63,772 nucleotides of DNA, filler included, from Sphacelaria rigidula (GCA_964200075.2; 11 parts of 11 records of this genome joined end to end with filler, not necessarily neighbours in it), one strand, 5' to 3'; numbered from the whole stretch's first letter, positions 23,300 through 36,541 are shown. The notes: generated from the letters alone by a model not told the origin. A program made the numbers and translations.

Positions 23300-24377
23300 A
23301 TCAGCATCTTCGAACCGGCTCAGTCAAAAACATACGTATCATACTACTGAGCAAAACGCGGAAAACATGAACGCGTGTAACGTCCGCCACTGAGAAAAGC
23401 CTAGCACCTCGATTTTTACGCCATAAATAAAACGCTTCGCATCGCCACAAAATAAATACTGAAAGCTCCTTGACGCAATGATCCCCGAGGGCACGCACAC
23501 AGTATCTAGCGGGGTAACCTACTTTATTAAACAAAGGAAAGACAAAATTGAGGTCGAGGTTTCCCACTGCCCTCGGCGGTACATTCCGTATAGCCAACGG
23601 TATAATGGTGCCTGCAGCGTGCGTGTGGGTGTGTATAGGCGCTGGGCAGCTGGCCTGGGCTAGCGTGATCAGATCCGATCCAATAAGGGGTACTCGAATC
23701 AGATCATGGTGTATGTTATCGGTTTGCGCTCGATGGAGGAACCCGTGACAAACATGGGTAGTACCGCCAGGAATTTCCGTAGGAGATTACCGTACGAAGA
23801 AAATAAGAAGTAAAACCGTTGAGTAATTTTCGTGACTCCACTTCACGCCAAAAAAAAAAGAAGCAATGAGACCGTCGAGTAATTGTCATGATTCTCACCT
23901 GTGGGTGCCTTCCCGTCCACCAGCTCGGATTCCGCGTAGAATGCCTCATCTCTTACGCTGTACCAACCAGCGTATACTCCTAGCTCTATTTGTCTGATAC
24001 GGCACCACCGAACAACCAGCACGTCAAGGTTTTGTAATAGTGAGGGGAGAAATGCCGACACACAAACATTAAAGCAGTTACCGTTTGTCTCCAACGACTC
24101 CCCTGGAAACAGGTGTCTAGTTCTCTAGTTTTGTTCTTCTTGGAAAGTATCCGATTTCCATTTTCGTCGACGACACGACGAGGACGTGAGTGGCGAAGAA
24201 ATGTTTTCGAGAGTCGACGCAGTGGATGCGGGGGAGGGCGGGGTGGGGGGGTACTGATGCAACCCGCGATGCCAAGAGTCACGCATGTATCGCACCGGGG
24301 GAGATATGGTTCAAAAATCCCTTGAGACCGCGCACACCTTCCGTGGAAGGCTAGCGTTTCAAGGTACCACGAAAACG

Positions 24378-24410
<33 letters not shown>

Positions 24411-25409
24411 AGGGGTTTGGCGGCTTCCGCCGCCACGCTCAATGAGATCGATAGCCAAGGTACATGAGGATCGGTAATCGTTGCTAGCATCAGGTGACGG
24501 AACAGATCATAGCTTCAAGTGGAGTATATTGCGCTGTGTGCATATAGAGACCCGTGTCCCGGGGGCAGGGTATGAAGAAGAGGCTCAATGATGTTTTGAC
24601 GTTCGTACCAATACGGTAGAACGGGCAAAAGACTACCTCCACCGTCGAAGAACAGATACGAAGACACTCATTTACATTTTTCACCCACAGCAACGAGTAG
24701 GAACCCGATACCCGGGGGCACAGAGACTTGCGACGGATACACACGAGTGTTCGCAACCATGAGTCCAGTACCATTGCACCGCAGAGACGCCCATCGTACG
24801 GAACAGGATCCAGAAACAGCGACTGAGAAGGCATAAAATATCCATTCCCCCTCCTTCGTGGGCAACAACGAAGCAGGCAATACCCGCAATGTAGTGGATA
24901 TATAAGAGAAACGGAAGAAGTAAGACAACAATCGACCAACAGTAGCGACCGATATCCCTCAAAACATGGTAAATGACGACCACGGATTCAACATGACAGA
25001 CTATCCCGTCGTGGGAAGGCCGTCCATCAACAGCAAAGAACACCGACACCGACCGATATCTCCCGAAACACGGACAACCCCGGATTCAACATCACAGACA
25101 TGACCCATTGTACGAAACAGGCTCCAGAAATAGCAGGACAGTTGAGCACACGACAACCGCAACATGGCGTTTCTCCGGCTTCGCCGCCACAATCAGTGGA
25201 TCGACAGCCAAGGTACATGAGCACCGGTGACAGCTGTGTGCGTTGTGTCAGCTCATGGACTGAGCACGGTAGCAAATCTGGATGATGGACACTTTTATTG
25301 AGTGAGATTGGACGGAAAGTCGTTCCGCACAACCCATCCATTCTGATTCAATTTTCAAGTGTCCTGTATACGGTAAGAGGTGGCATCTCCGACGGTCAAA
25401 GGGTCACAA

Positions 25410-26530
25410 AGAGACCCGGTTTCGCCGTACTCTAAAAGCAAGTGAAAAAGTGCACCTGTCTCAGAGCTTCTGGGAACGATTCTGACAGTCCTGTGTGCGA
25501 TGTGACATGGACGCACGAAGGGTCAATTACCACCATGGCGAGGAAATAAGGCGGAAAACACCATGCAGAGCACTGCCGTGGAAGCGATGCTCCCGAAACC
25601 TCCTGACAAGGAATCACGCAATGCTGCTTTGTCAGAGCTTGAGAGAACGAAATGACCTGCGACGGTTCAAGAGACAACCAACTAGACTTCTGACCGGTCA
25701 GCGCTGACTGGTCGCTGACTGGTCAGTAGTCTAGTTGGTTGTTTCTTAAAACCGTCACAAAAGTTAGTCGTGGGTGTCAATCCCCGTCACTTTCACTCCG
25801 AGGAGGGCGACTCCCCTTGCCAACGCTGTATCGACTGCCATCAGGACCTCTAATGTTGCCGCTTTCAGCGTATCCTAGAGTTACTCGTCTCCCCCACTCA
25901 TTCCAAGAGTGTGTGCAGAGGGGTCCCTAGCAGTATACTCCAAACATAGCCACCAGGCTATACCCCACCCTTTTCCTTTTGGGCCAATTTTTACAGAGGT
26001 TTTCTCCACTTGGGGGCAGTGTTTTATCAAACCGTCACAGACCCTGTTTCGCTGTACTTTAAAATCAAGTAAGAGCAAATGCTCGCCTCTATGAGCTTGT
26101 GAGCACAGACAGCCTGCTCTGCACACTGGGAGAGTTCGCGACTCGCGCTCGCCGTCATCTAAAAGCAAGTGAAAAAAAGTGCACCTGTCTCAGAGCTTCT
26201 GGCAACGATTCTGACAGTAATGAACGTACAAAACGGCGGTGCGATTGAAAGGCCTGTAGGGGTCTACCGCCACGCCGAGGAAAAAAGAAGCGATGCTCCC
26301 GAATCCTCACAAAGGGAAATCATGTAATGCTGCCTCGTCGGAGCTCGAGAGAACAAAATGACCCCGTTTCGCTGTACTCATGCTAGCCTCTCTAGCTTCT
26401 GAGAAGGACCGAATGACACCATTTCGCCGTACTCTAAAATCAAGTAAGAGGCAATACTGCATTCTCAGAGCTTCTGGAAGAATGAAATGGGCGCGAAAAA
26501 AGTTACTCTAAAATGAAGTGAAAAAAATGA
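25410..26530. repeat. degenerate ~75-bp satellite/subterminal array with higher-order duplication
   Basis: TTTCGCCGTACTCTAAAA(G/T)CAAGT...TCTCAGAGCTTCTG recurring at ~25420, 26047, 26150, 26366 and 26422. Confidence 0.75.
25658..26039. mobile_element. 382-bp TG...CA element with 4-bp TSD (GACC), starting with a ~100-bp palindrome
   Basis: GACC|TGCGACGGTT...AACCGTCACA|GACC; interrupts a satellite unit. Confidence 0.75.
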
Positions 26531-26593
26531 AAAACTCTTGCAACGGCGAAAAAGATAAATGAGTTAATTGATATATATGTATACATCACCGTG

Positions 26594-26941
26594 CAAAGTT
26601 GTGTTTTGTAGGGTAAACGTCTTTTATACTCGGTGTATGTGCCCGGGGATTACCCGTACCCAATATTTCTGTGGGTTTTGTAAGTCTCTCATACCGGTAC
26701 CCGTCAGTTCTGTCAGATATGTGCGAAATTGTTACCCTTAGCAGTGGTGAGGGTATATACCCTTGTAGGAATACCTGCTTGCAGGTAAGGATCTCGGTAC
26801 GAGTACAACCTTCATGCCGTGCTTGACAGGTTCTGCAAGTTTTGCAAGACTCTCAACCCGGTACCCGACGGTTCTTTCATTTTCGTGATAAAACTTCATG
26901 CCCTACCGAACATATCCGTTCCCGTACGGAACACAACCTTG
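26594..26941. mobile_element. MITE of the CAAGGTTGTGTT-terminus family
   Basis: CAAAGTTGTGTTTTGTAGGG...CCGTACGGAACACAACCTTG. Confidence 0.75.
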
Positions 26942-27804
26942 TAACAACACTTTGCTCGTTCGGTCAGTGAAGTATATCATGTTTGCCAGGCTTTATCTCC
27001 TGCTCTAAATAGGACAATTTACGGTTCACTTGGCGCTCGCGCGACAGTATTGTCACGCAAGATTCTATTCAAGTACTCATTTTTTTGTGCTCTGGTACTG
27101 TTTCGTGAAAACATTCCTTGTGTCTGGGCGTCGGAAGCGGAGCTTTCTTGGGTGCTTTCCCGTCAATTTCTGATTTTGGAGACTCAATTGAAGCTGCCAA
27201 CAACAATGAGAATGTTGCTTGAGCCTGATAAAGCACGTTGGAATCCTGAAGGATTTCCTTCCCGTGGTGGCTCATGTAAAAGCTACGGTCCCCTGCGATC
27301 TTCGAGTACATACCTTTCGGCGAGAGGGTTGTGGTAACCAAAAAGGATAGTCACGTAGGCTGCTGTTGGTTTCAAGCGTCTGGTCGCAATTTGCGCCGAT
27401 TTCCCGATTTGTCACCATCTGCGTAAAATGACGCATTGTTGCGCATGTTCTACGGAGATCCATTGTTCTTGTAGGCGGTATTCATCGGCACAGTTGGAGT
27501 CTTACACGCGCGGGCTATATTTGCGACTCGATATCAACGTGCCTGCGGGTGGAGAGAAATCCTTACCAAAAACTGACCGCTTTGATATATTTAATTTCTT
27601 CATTATTCACTTTTGGGAATTTTGAATTTTCTTGGTGAAACATCTTCATCTTGGAATTCTTCATTTTAGATGTCTATATATATATATATTTAGAACAACT
27701 CTATTCTTGAAACAATTTTATTTTCGGGAATATGTATTTCGGGATTCATTCGTTTTTCGGAATATTTTGGATTGGAGTGTATATATATATATATATATTG
27801 GAAT

Positions 27805-28060
27805 GACACTTTCTACGATAGCCCCCCCCGAAAAAACCAGCCAAGAAGTGTCCCGAAAAAAACGGTCATACAGCGCCTTACGTTTGAGTTGAGGCTGCAT
27901 GAAGCGCCTCATATGGGCGACATTGGCGAGGATGAACCCACGCGTGGGAATTCCCAGCTACTCAGGGTGCTCGACCGTTTCCAGTTCGATTTACGTGAAC
28001 ATTTCGCCTCCCCAAAGCAGGCACTTTTGGGGGGGAGGGGGGACTATCGTAGAAAGTGTC
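27805..28060. mobile_element. 256-bp MITE with 17-bp TIR GACACTTTCTACGATAG and 4-bp TSD
   Basis: perfect TIR pair followed by poly-C/poly-G; perfect TSD GAAT on both sides; the terminus recurs at ~34459. Confidence 0.9.
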
Positions 28061-28935
28061 GAATTTTTACATTCTTTTACTTTCGGCCAGTCAAACAACA
28101 GCTAGTTTTGAGCAATTAGCTCTTCTTTGCGCCGCGCATGCGCCCATTGGACTGCTGGACGGATTTTGTGGACAACTTCCGGGGGAAAATAAAAAACAAA
28201 GTAAAATCGAGGATTGCAGGACTTCCGCCAGCATGACAAGAATATTCTGGTCATAGTTGATGTCTCACGGAAATCCAAGGTACGTTATTTACTGCACCGA
28301 GGAGGGATACATACATATGTGAAGGCTGCGTACCGGCGCAGCCGGCCACACTGCTGAAAACTTGTTGCTGACGCAACCTGGATCCTACCCGCATTTTGAG
28401 TCCGCGGCGAAGCAACATGGGAGGCACCCCGCCAGAGGCGCATTTATCACACGATTTGGCTCCACTCGAGGGGAAATATGTGATTCGGTTTGACTCGGGG
28501 GGAAATAGATTTCCATTGAATAATGAGGCGTTGTAGTGGGACGCACGATAGCAGGAAAGTACTGGGTAGTGCTGGATGCCCCTTTTCCAGCACTATTAAT
28601 AGTTTCCTCGCAATACTGCTGTAAGTACTGCGTACATGACTAAGTTAAAGTACTGTGTAAGTACTGCTGTACAGGACTGCATCGGCAGTACGGTACCACT
28701 GTAAGAATACATTGGATTCGATCTGATAGGTCGTCTCCCATGAACGGATCCGCCAAGCCGCGTTTGCACCAGGTAGATGCATGTAAGATTTAACAGAAAC
28801 GAAAAAACCACTTCGCTACATGAACAAAGCTTGAGAAATCCCCCCTCTCCCCCGCCAAATATAGCGATACCTAATAATAAAGCAACTCATTGGAGGCTGT
28901 CATCCAAATGCGAGATAATCAGTAGGCTTCGGGCC

Positions 28936-29035
28936 NNNNNNNNNNNNNNNNNNNNNNNNNNNNNNNNNNNNNNNNNNNNTTAATTAATTAANNNNNNNNN
29001 NNNNNNNNNNNNNNNNNNNNNNNNNNNNNNNNNNN
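28936..29035. other. artificial contig linker
   Basis: N/TTAATTAATTAA, 100 bp. Confidence 0.99.
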
Positions 29036-29069
29036 GTCCACGCAACTTTTGCGTCATTCCACGTGTCTG

Positions 29070-29195
29070 TGCTGCGTGTACCTGGGTTGTAACGCTGAAA
29101 TATAGACTAGGGACTGATTCGTCACGAGTCGACTCATGATACTAAAACCAAGTAATTTCCAGAGACGAATCATCATTTGTCCGACTCCTGGAACG
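29070..29195 (-). repeat. dispersed repeat shared with 52030-52157
   Basis: GCTGCGTGTACCTGGGTTG...GATTCGTCACGAGT...ATACTAAAACCAAGT is the reverse complement of the contig 9 end. Confidence 0.75.
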
Positions 29196-29985
29196 GTTTC
29201 ATTAAAAACATTCGACAGCTCAACTAGTTAGACGATACTGTACATAGTACCAGTACCAGCTGGTCCGTCAGACTGGTTACAACAGAAAGTACTGGATGCC
29301 AGGTGTGCCATGGCTACATACAGCCTGGCTTCCGGTAGAAGATGACAACCGTACGTGCAAAAACAACGCTCCTCCCCTACAAACATGAACGTTCACATTC
29401 GAAAAATTCTGCAGGTGGTCCGTCATTTCGAATAGTTGGCCCGTTCGTTGGTGCTGAATGTTGAATCAGCTGACTTATTATAATTCTCATTTCGTCCGAG
29501 ATAACAGTATACAGCGGCACCCAGAGCCAGGACCCACACATTGCTGACAAAAAACACCCATCGAAAGCTCATGGGATAAAAAAAATACACCTATAGCATG
29601 GGTAACTGCCCATCACTCGCACCCTACCTGCTCTCATTCGGGTGGGCAAGAGAAAGTCTGTATTCGTCCCGTCAAACCGTTGCGTTGTGCGTCTCAGGTG
29701 TCCCTGCCAGCATCATGTTATGGTCATTTTCCAATATGTCCAGGGAAAATGCGAGGTTTCGCGCCCTGGGAGATACCGCCCAGCGTGCGCGCGTGCTCGT
29801 TAAGCAACACTTGGGCAAGGCAATGCCACGGGTTTGTATCGCCGTGAATATCACATATTACAATCGAGAGTGAGAATACATTAGTGATAGAAAGCACGGG
29901 ATAGGCACGTCAACTCAGAACTCTGAATTCTTCTTCAGCCACCAAACTGTCAAGGGCAGGCACCATATATTCTTCCGTTACACAG

Positions 29986-31038
29986 AATGAACGATGCACC
30001 CACAACACGCCGGCGCTCTGCGCAGGAGCTTGCAAGCAACAACAGCTGGGCAGCAAACGGAGGATGTCATACAGCAGTATCACTGCCCAGGCCGGGTAGT
30101 GCAATCTGTGGCATCAACACGAGCAACGCAGAAACAAGCAGCGGCGTTGGTATAGTCGCATCTCATGGACAAAAACGCGTAGGACAGACGGCGCTGCTGG
30201 TGTCTGCAACGGCCGTACTTGCAGCCTCTTACTTGGCCGTCGAGCTAATAGGAAAGGGCGTGCTCGTCCACTTTTTGGTGCTAATACTCTACGGCGCGGT
30301 GTTCTTGACACTGGGTGCTGTATTTCTCGGCAAACAGCATACAGGTAAGAATGGCGGGCGTGACTCTTGTCTCCCCGCGAGCAGCCCTCTTCCAACACCA
30401 GACGCAACAATAGGAAACCATGAATCAGCACTAGCCGCCGCGCGAACACCTCCTCTGAGTTGGGTAGGAGAAACGGTCGAAGGTTCCGTAAAATGGCTTC
30501 GCGGCAGCGCCGGCGCCGGCTACACCAGCGCTGGCGGCAGCGACCCCAACAGTGGTGCTGGCGCTATCCGCAGGCAACAAAGCATTCGAAGGGTAAGGAG
30601 CAGGAGCGACACGGGTGAACGCGCTACGGCAGGGGGCATAGGGTCTCGAGCCGACCTCGGCAACGGTGGGGGCAGCGCAGCGACCTCACCCGGGGGCGGC
30701 GGCGGCGATGGCGGCGAGCTTGGCGGCGGAGGATTTCCTATCCTGAGTCTGGGGCGCGCGGCAGCGGCAACGGCGGAGCTTGCGCTGGGGCATACGCAGC
30801 GGCAGTTGGGGAGGGCCAGGGGATGGTCGAGGACATTTGGAACCGGGGGTGTGGGTGGAGCGGTGGACGGGTCCGGCGACGGCGGCAGTGGCGGTGGCAT
30901 TGGCGGCGGCGGTAGCGGTGGCGGCGGCCGCACAGGTGGTGATACTAGTGATGAAGGTGAAGATGACAGCTTGGAGGATGGTACGGACGGCGGGAATGGT
31001 CAGGAGTGGATGGTGGGCGGTGAGACGGGAAATGAAAG
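29986..31038 (+). CDS. large exon of an unknown membrane protein (2 TM helices, Gly/Ser-rich and acidic tail)
   Basis: 351-codon open frame; cacag| acceptor and AAG|gtgagg donor; hydrophobic stretches ALLVSATAVLAASYLAV and VLVHFLVLILYGAVFLTLGAVFL. Confidence 0.7.
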
Positions 31039-31132
31039 GTGAGGAGAGGTAGGATTTGAGGCAGGGGCCGTGTGATTGTGTTGTTCACGTTTGGGCTGCT
31101 ATTGAAATATACCCGCAGTTGGGTGTGGTATC

Positions 31133-31240
31133 AGTACTGTTGTACTGTTGTACTGTCTGTTGTACTACTGTACTGTACTGTACTGTACTGTACTGTACTG
31201 TACTGTACTGTACTGTACTGTACTGTACTGTACTGTACTG
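31133..31240. repeat. (TACTG)n pentanucleotide microsatellite
   Basis: seen directly. Confidence 0.97.
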
Positions 31241-34200
31241 CTATTCATGGTCGACGCTACTGCTGTACCACACAGTAGTGCCGTTTCGTTTCGTCTGTAC
31301 AGTACTGCCCTGTACTTTACTGCCATCCGGTCTGTTTGCTTGTTTGACCTCCTGTTGGTGATGGCAGCTTGACATGAAGGAGGTCAGCACTCTCTTTGTC
31401 TCCCTCCCTTTCTCGCTCGGGTGTTCCTCCGCTTTTTTAGTAAAGAGGACCGCTGCGAATGTACTCAATTGGCCAGTTTGTCTACCGATTGTGATCTGTT
31501 CAGACCAAAGCTCAAATTATTCCGTCTAGCTTGGATGCCGACATGAATGAAGTGCACTGAAGTCAGTACGGCTAAGCAGTGCGTGAAGGCGCGCATAGCA
31601 AAAACGGAGCCCAGATGTCATAGCGAGCATTTATGCGTGCGACCCACACTTCCCCTTTTCTATCAGTACAGTTCGTCGAATTTCGACCGTTTAAACACAC
31701 TTGAATTAAACATGGAGTCAAACCGCAGGTTCAAATCCGAGGTTTAATCCTCACTGGAGGGCTGACAGCAAGCGTTTTTGCTCTACTCAGCGCCTGCGGC
31801 CGACGCATATTTTCCCTAGGAAACTGCACGCGCCCCCCTTTTGCCCTAAAGTTGTCTGCATGCGTTCTGTTGGGGTTATGACAAAGGTAAGATATGGGAT
31901 TCAGAACATTCATGATTTCTCAACCATTGGGAAATTGTCGACGATGGAACCATTTGCTCACATCCCCTCAGTACTCGCAAAATGCGGCAGCATCCCTGTC
32001 TTGCGTCCTGTTGGCTTTCTCGAAGCATTGCCAGCCGGTATCCTCGATGTCGTCCGAGGGTTTCGTTGGCTCTTTCTGTTGCATATTTTATTTTTGGCGG
32101 AAAGCATGTTTCGTTTTTGACGGGAGCAAACAGCATCGATTGCAGCCTGCAGTGCAAACTAGCACGCGGCACTGTGTATGTGGTGCCGGCGTCATTTTAG
32201 GAGCGGACGCTTGCCCACACCACCAGATGCGACTAGGCACGGTGTAGTATCTTCGGATAATAGTTCCTAATCAAAGTCGATTTCGGCTTCAACTTCAACT
32301 TCAACGACCGCGCCGCGGGTGATTACGGACGTGTCTATAGTTCGCGCCGTTCGACAGACGGCTGCGCAGCCGCACCGTGCAACGTTGCCTTTCAGCAGTG
32401 CCTCCCGCAAGGGGGTTACAAGTATCTAGCTCTTGTTCCGGTACAGACAGTATGGACACTGCTACCGCCCACAGTAGTAGCAGACCTTTTTTTCATCACG
32501 ATGCAAGAGTACGCAGCGGCAGCTCTGGGCCGTGTCAGAACATGACGTACAGTGCCGTGCAGACAGTCTCGCTGATGTGGAAATCGTGCCTCGAGTAAAG
32601 CTAGCAGAGCTAGTGTGAGTGTAGCTATTTTCGGAGCATTACACGTGGTCTCCGTACGCTATCGTACACGGTGCACGGTGCATCCGATCCTGAATGCGTA
32701 GTGCCGTCGCACTTTTTAAAAAATGGTTGAACAGTTGCACGTGGTGGCCCCCTGTCCCGAGACTGATGATGAGGCTAAGCTTCTCTATACAATCACAGCC
32801 CACAGGCGCTTTTCCAGAACGAGTTTGCAGTACTGTAGGAGTGAAACATGCGATGTTCCAGAAATCGCTCGCCGGCAGTGCCACGATAAGCTGACACCCC
32901 CGGTAAACCGTACTTGTGCATTATTTTGATCCTTCAACCCTTCCAACGCGCGGACCCCCGGTTGGACGCTCACGGGGAGGAGTGTAATGGGATGGGGGGG
33001 GGGGCACAGTTTTTATTCGAAAGAGAGAACCCTGATGCAAAAATGGCCGCTGCCGCTCATATACTTTACAGTCATCCGGGCGTGAGCCACGGCCAGCAGC
33101 AGATTGCCGTCACTGTACAGCAGAACAATATATGGAGTGATGTCAGCACGCACAACATCGACATCCATGCGCACTTGAGAACGTGTACCCTTCTCCCTCA
33201 ATCTCGGCAGAAATGCTGGCACTGGTGTACACCTTTTGACTAGACCATTGAGTCTTTACATCATTCCTGTGAGTCACCGTTTTTCATCCAGCGTCCAAAT
33301 ACGCGTACGAGAGTTGTCCTGTCCATGAACTTGCGGGAATGTCACGGACGAAATGTTGGAACATAAACTATGCTCACTTAATCCTTCGACGCCCAGCCGC
33401 TCCCTTCCCCCCCCCTGCCCTCGAGTCCTCCCCATATCCCCCATGGCCAAGTTTGGCCTCGGATATATTTCTTCCAAGTTGCATAATGCGCATATCGATT
33501 TGAACAGGTTTATGTTGGGCATGCGTATCGGATTTTTGTGCATGAGGACCCCTGACCATTTTCCCCGGCCGAGGCACGTGAGTAAACGCATTCTTTTGCT
33601 GAGGGGGCGGTACATGCTGCCATTTGCGAGTAAAAGGTGCAAGGGGACTACCACTATTGCTGCGTATCTACGCAAGCAAGATACTCTCCGCTCTCCGTCG
33701 TGCGTCAACAGTCTTGGTACTTTCGAGGCGTTGCTAGGGCACCTCCTGCATGTTTTGATGTTACACCGCATGTCACATAATCTGAACCGTGGTCTGTAGT
33801 GCCCGTGCTGCTGCTGTACTTTACAGGCAGGCTTTTTCATCAGCGGCCGAATACAACAGACAACAGAGCAATGATGTGCCCTTGCTATCCACTGCGCACG
33901 GTGTATTATTCGCCGTTTCTGTTCATACTCAGTGTTGCACAACTACAGTTCGCAGCTCTTGACAGCATCATGCGGGGGAGACATGTGATAAATACTGTGA
34001 AGAGAGCAAAAGGCCCTCACCTCACTTTTGTGTGTTTTTCGATGGTTGAGTAGTCGTTGCTTAAATGGTGAAATACAGCCTCACCTCCAAGCGGGCGATA
34101 TTGGACGATGCATAAGGCAGCAGTAGTGGATCATTCAGCCAGTCAGAACTATCAAAATATCACGTCACCCCCCTTCAGGCCTGCCGCCCGACCTAGAAAT

Positions 34201-34742
34201 TTCCTGTAGCACGCATGGTTGACCTGGGAAGCATTTGCTGACGATCGGGGGACCTTCGCGCTCCCCTGTCCAAAAAAATGGAAACCCCTGGACTGTTAGC
34301 CGGTGAAGCCACTCCGAAAGGATACCGGGCGTCAAAGAGTAGAGGGCTTGAGCCCTTGACTTCAAATTGTTTGGGGTCCTCACTGCAGGAGGTCCTCACT
34401 GCAGGAGCACCCGCACACCAGACTTGGGTCACAAAGTTCCGCGTTGGAAAGCACGGTAGACACTTTCTACGATAGCCCCCCCCCCCCCCCTGAGACCAGC
34501 TCTTGACGACTGCTCCTTCTCTCCATCTCTTGGGTGTGTACGAATTTTCCCTATCCAGTTATACAGCATAACCATCATGGTAATCATTCCTTCTCCCCCA
34601 GTACTTAAGAAATTTATTCATTGTCCCGTCTGCTCCTGTTGCCTTTGTTCTTGAGTTTAGCCACGCTCTCCTTTACTTCATCTCTAGTTAACTCTCTCTG
34701 CAATTCTTTCGAGCCTCTATCCTCCCGTTTCGACGTCTGTAC

Positions 34743-34842
34743 NNNNNNNNNNNNNNNNNNNNNNNNNNNNNNNNNNNNNNNNNNNNTTAATTAATTAANN
34801 NNNNNNNNNNNNNNNNNNNNNNNNNNNNNNNNNNNNNNNNNN
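34743..34842. other. artificial contig linker
   Basis: N/TTAATTAATTAA, 100 bp. Confidence 0.99.
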
Positions 34843-35069
34843 GACTCGAAATTTCGAGCAAAAAATGCCCCAAAATACCCCCACCCCTATCGTAGGATGG
34901 CTCGTGGGCGCTAATCCACCCAAGACGGCGTCATATGGTAGAGGGCGAGGCCCTCCCGTATGTACACCAGTCTCTGGGCACTGGAGGTCGAGGGCGTAAA
35001 TGGGCGTTGAAAAGCGTCTGATCGCGTGAATTCCAGGTTCATCGGGTTCCGTTAAACGGCATCCGGGCT

Positions 35070-36541
35070 GGAATCTGCGGCCGTAGGCCGCAGGGGTAGG
35101 CGAGAAAGAAGATCAGCGTTCCCGTTAGTTTTGGCTGGACGGTGCTTAATGGTATACTGGTATGCTGTTGGAAACTCCAACCATCGTTGTACACGGGGGT
35201 TGTGTTCGCCAACCTTGGCGAGTTGTTCGAGTTCTCCATGACCCATATAGATCTCAAAGAGCACGTGAAACAAATGTTGTCAAAGGCGCTTAATGGCCCA
35301 AGTGATTACTCTGCCTTCCAGTTCTAGCGGGCTCCAGTTGGCCTCGTTGGGCAGGGTAGCGAGGCTGATATAAAGGATGGGTCGGACGGAGCCATCAACC
35401 TGAGATTGATTCCAAACTCCGCCAAATCCGTTTGTGCTGGCGTTGGTGTGGAGTTGGAAAAGGCGAGAGCCACCTTGTACTGCTTCCCAATCAGGAAAGC
35501 AGAGTACCGGCTCTTCGGTAAGCGTCTTGAGTAATTCGCGGGTGATATGTTCCATATCGGTTGTGAAGTAAAACACGGCTTCTTTTTTTGAGTAGCTCAG
35601 TAAGGGGGCGAATCCGTTTAGATAAGTTCGGCAAACATTCGTGGAAGTAGGAAAGTCTGCCCAACAATGAGCGAAGTTGAAAAATATTGATTGGCATCGG
35701 CAAGTCAGTCATCGCCTTGACTTTGTTTGTATCTGGATGCAGGCCTACTGGCGAAATGGAATGTCCTAGGAAATCCAGATCAGTCGCACCAAGGCGAGCT
35801 TTGGATGGAGACAGTTTTAAATCGTGTGTGCGTAGGCGAGAGAGAAATTCTCGTAGGGTGCGGATATGTGCAATAGGTGAGGCATCGAAAGCGATAGCGT
35901 CATCCAGGTACATGATGTGCTCGGGGCCCTCGGTGACGCGTTGCATTAAGCGTTGGAAGCATCCCGGGGCAGTGGCAGCGCCTTGTGGCATTCGACGCCA
36001 CTCGGAGAGTCGGGACGAGGTACAAAAGGCCGTCAGTGGGACTGTGTCAGGGTGAATAGCATTCTGAAAGAATCCAGAAGCGAGGTCGGAGGTGCTGGAT
36101 ACTTTCCCTTCGCCTAAGGAGTCGAAGACTCCATCAATGCGGGGGATTGGAAGTTTACCGACCACAGTGACGCGGTTCAACCGTTGGTAATTCACGGCTA
36201 TGCGTATGTGTCCATCCTTTTTGGGACGACCACAAGGTGCGAGGAGAGGAGGAATGTTGTGTTAGGCCCGCTCCCAGATATGCATCCAAGATGGCGTTAA
36301 CTTTCTTGGTAAGGATTGGGTTTGTCCGGTATGGCCGTGAAGAGACCGGCAAAACGTCGGGTTGGAGCGTCACCTCCAAGAGCAGCGTTTTGCAATACCC
36401 AAGATCCGTCTTGGATCGAGACAACCGGTCTTGGTACTGGAGCAAGACATCACTGAGTTCTCGGATGACTGCCGGCTCCCAGCCGGGCCCATGAAGGTCA
36501 AAATCGATGTCGTGCATGTGTGGCGGTAGTTGGTGCCACAT
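35070..36541 (-). pseudogene. Gypsy reverse transcriptase plus RNase H, frameshifted
   Basis: SRPYR, NYQRLN...PIPRID, DLASGFFQ, TAFCT, RMPQG, YLDD, FLGH; RNase H LHTNAS, ELE...WAIK, RVQRWLEF, NGNADLLSRL. Confidence 0.92.

Noticed and set aside
23668..28730. Long-range inverted repeat (ATCAGATC..ATCCAAT) defining a 5-kb element
   Set aside because: Only ~16 bp match, flanks do not align and there is no TSD
31056..31372. ORFs with CTVLY repeats (likewise SLSL/HTHT ORFs at 1724-2357)
   Set aside because: Translations of microsatellites
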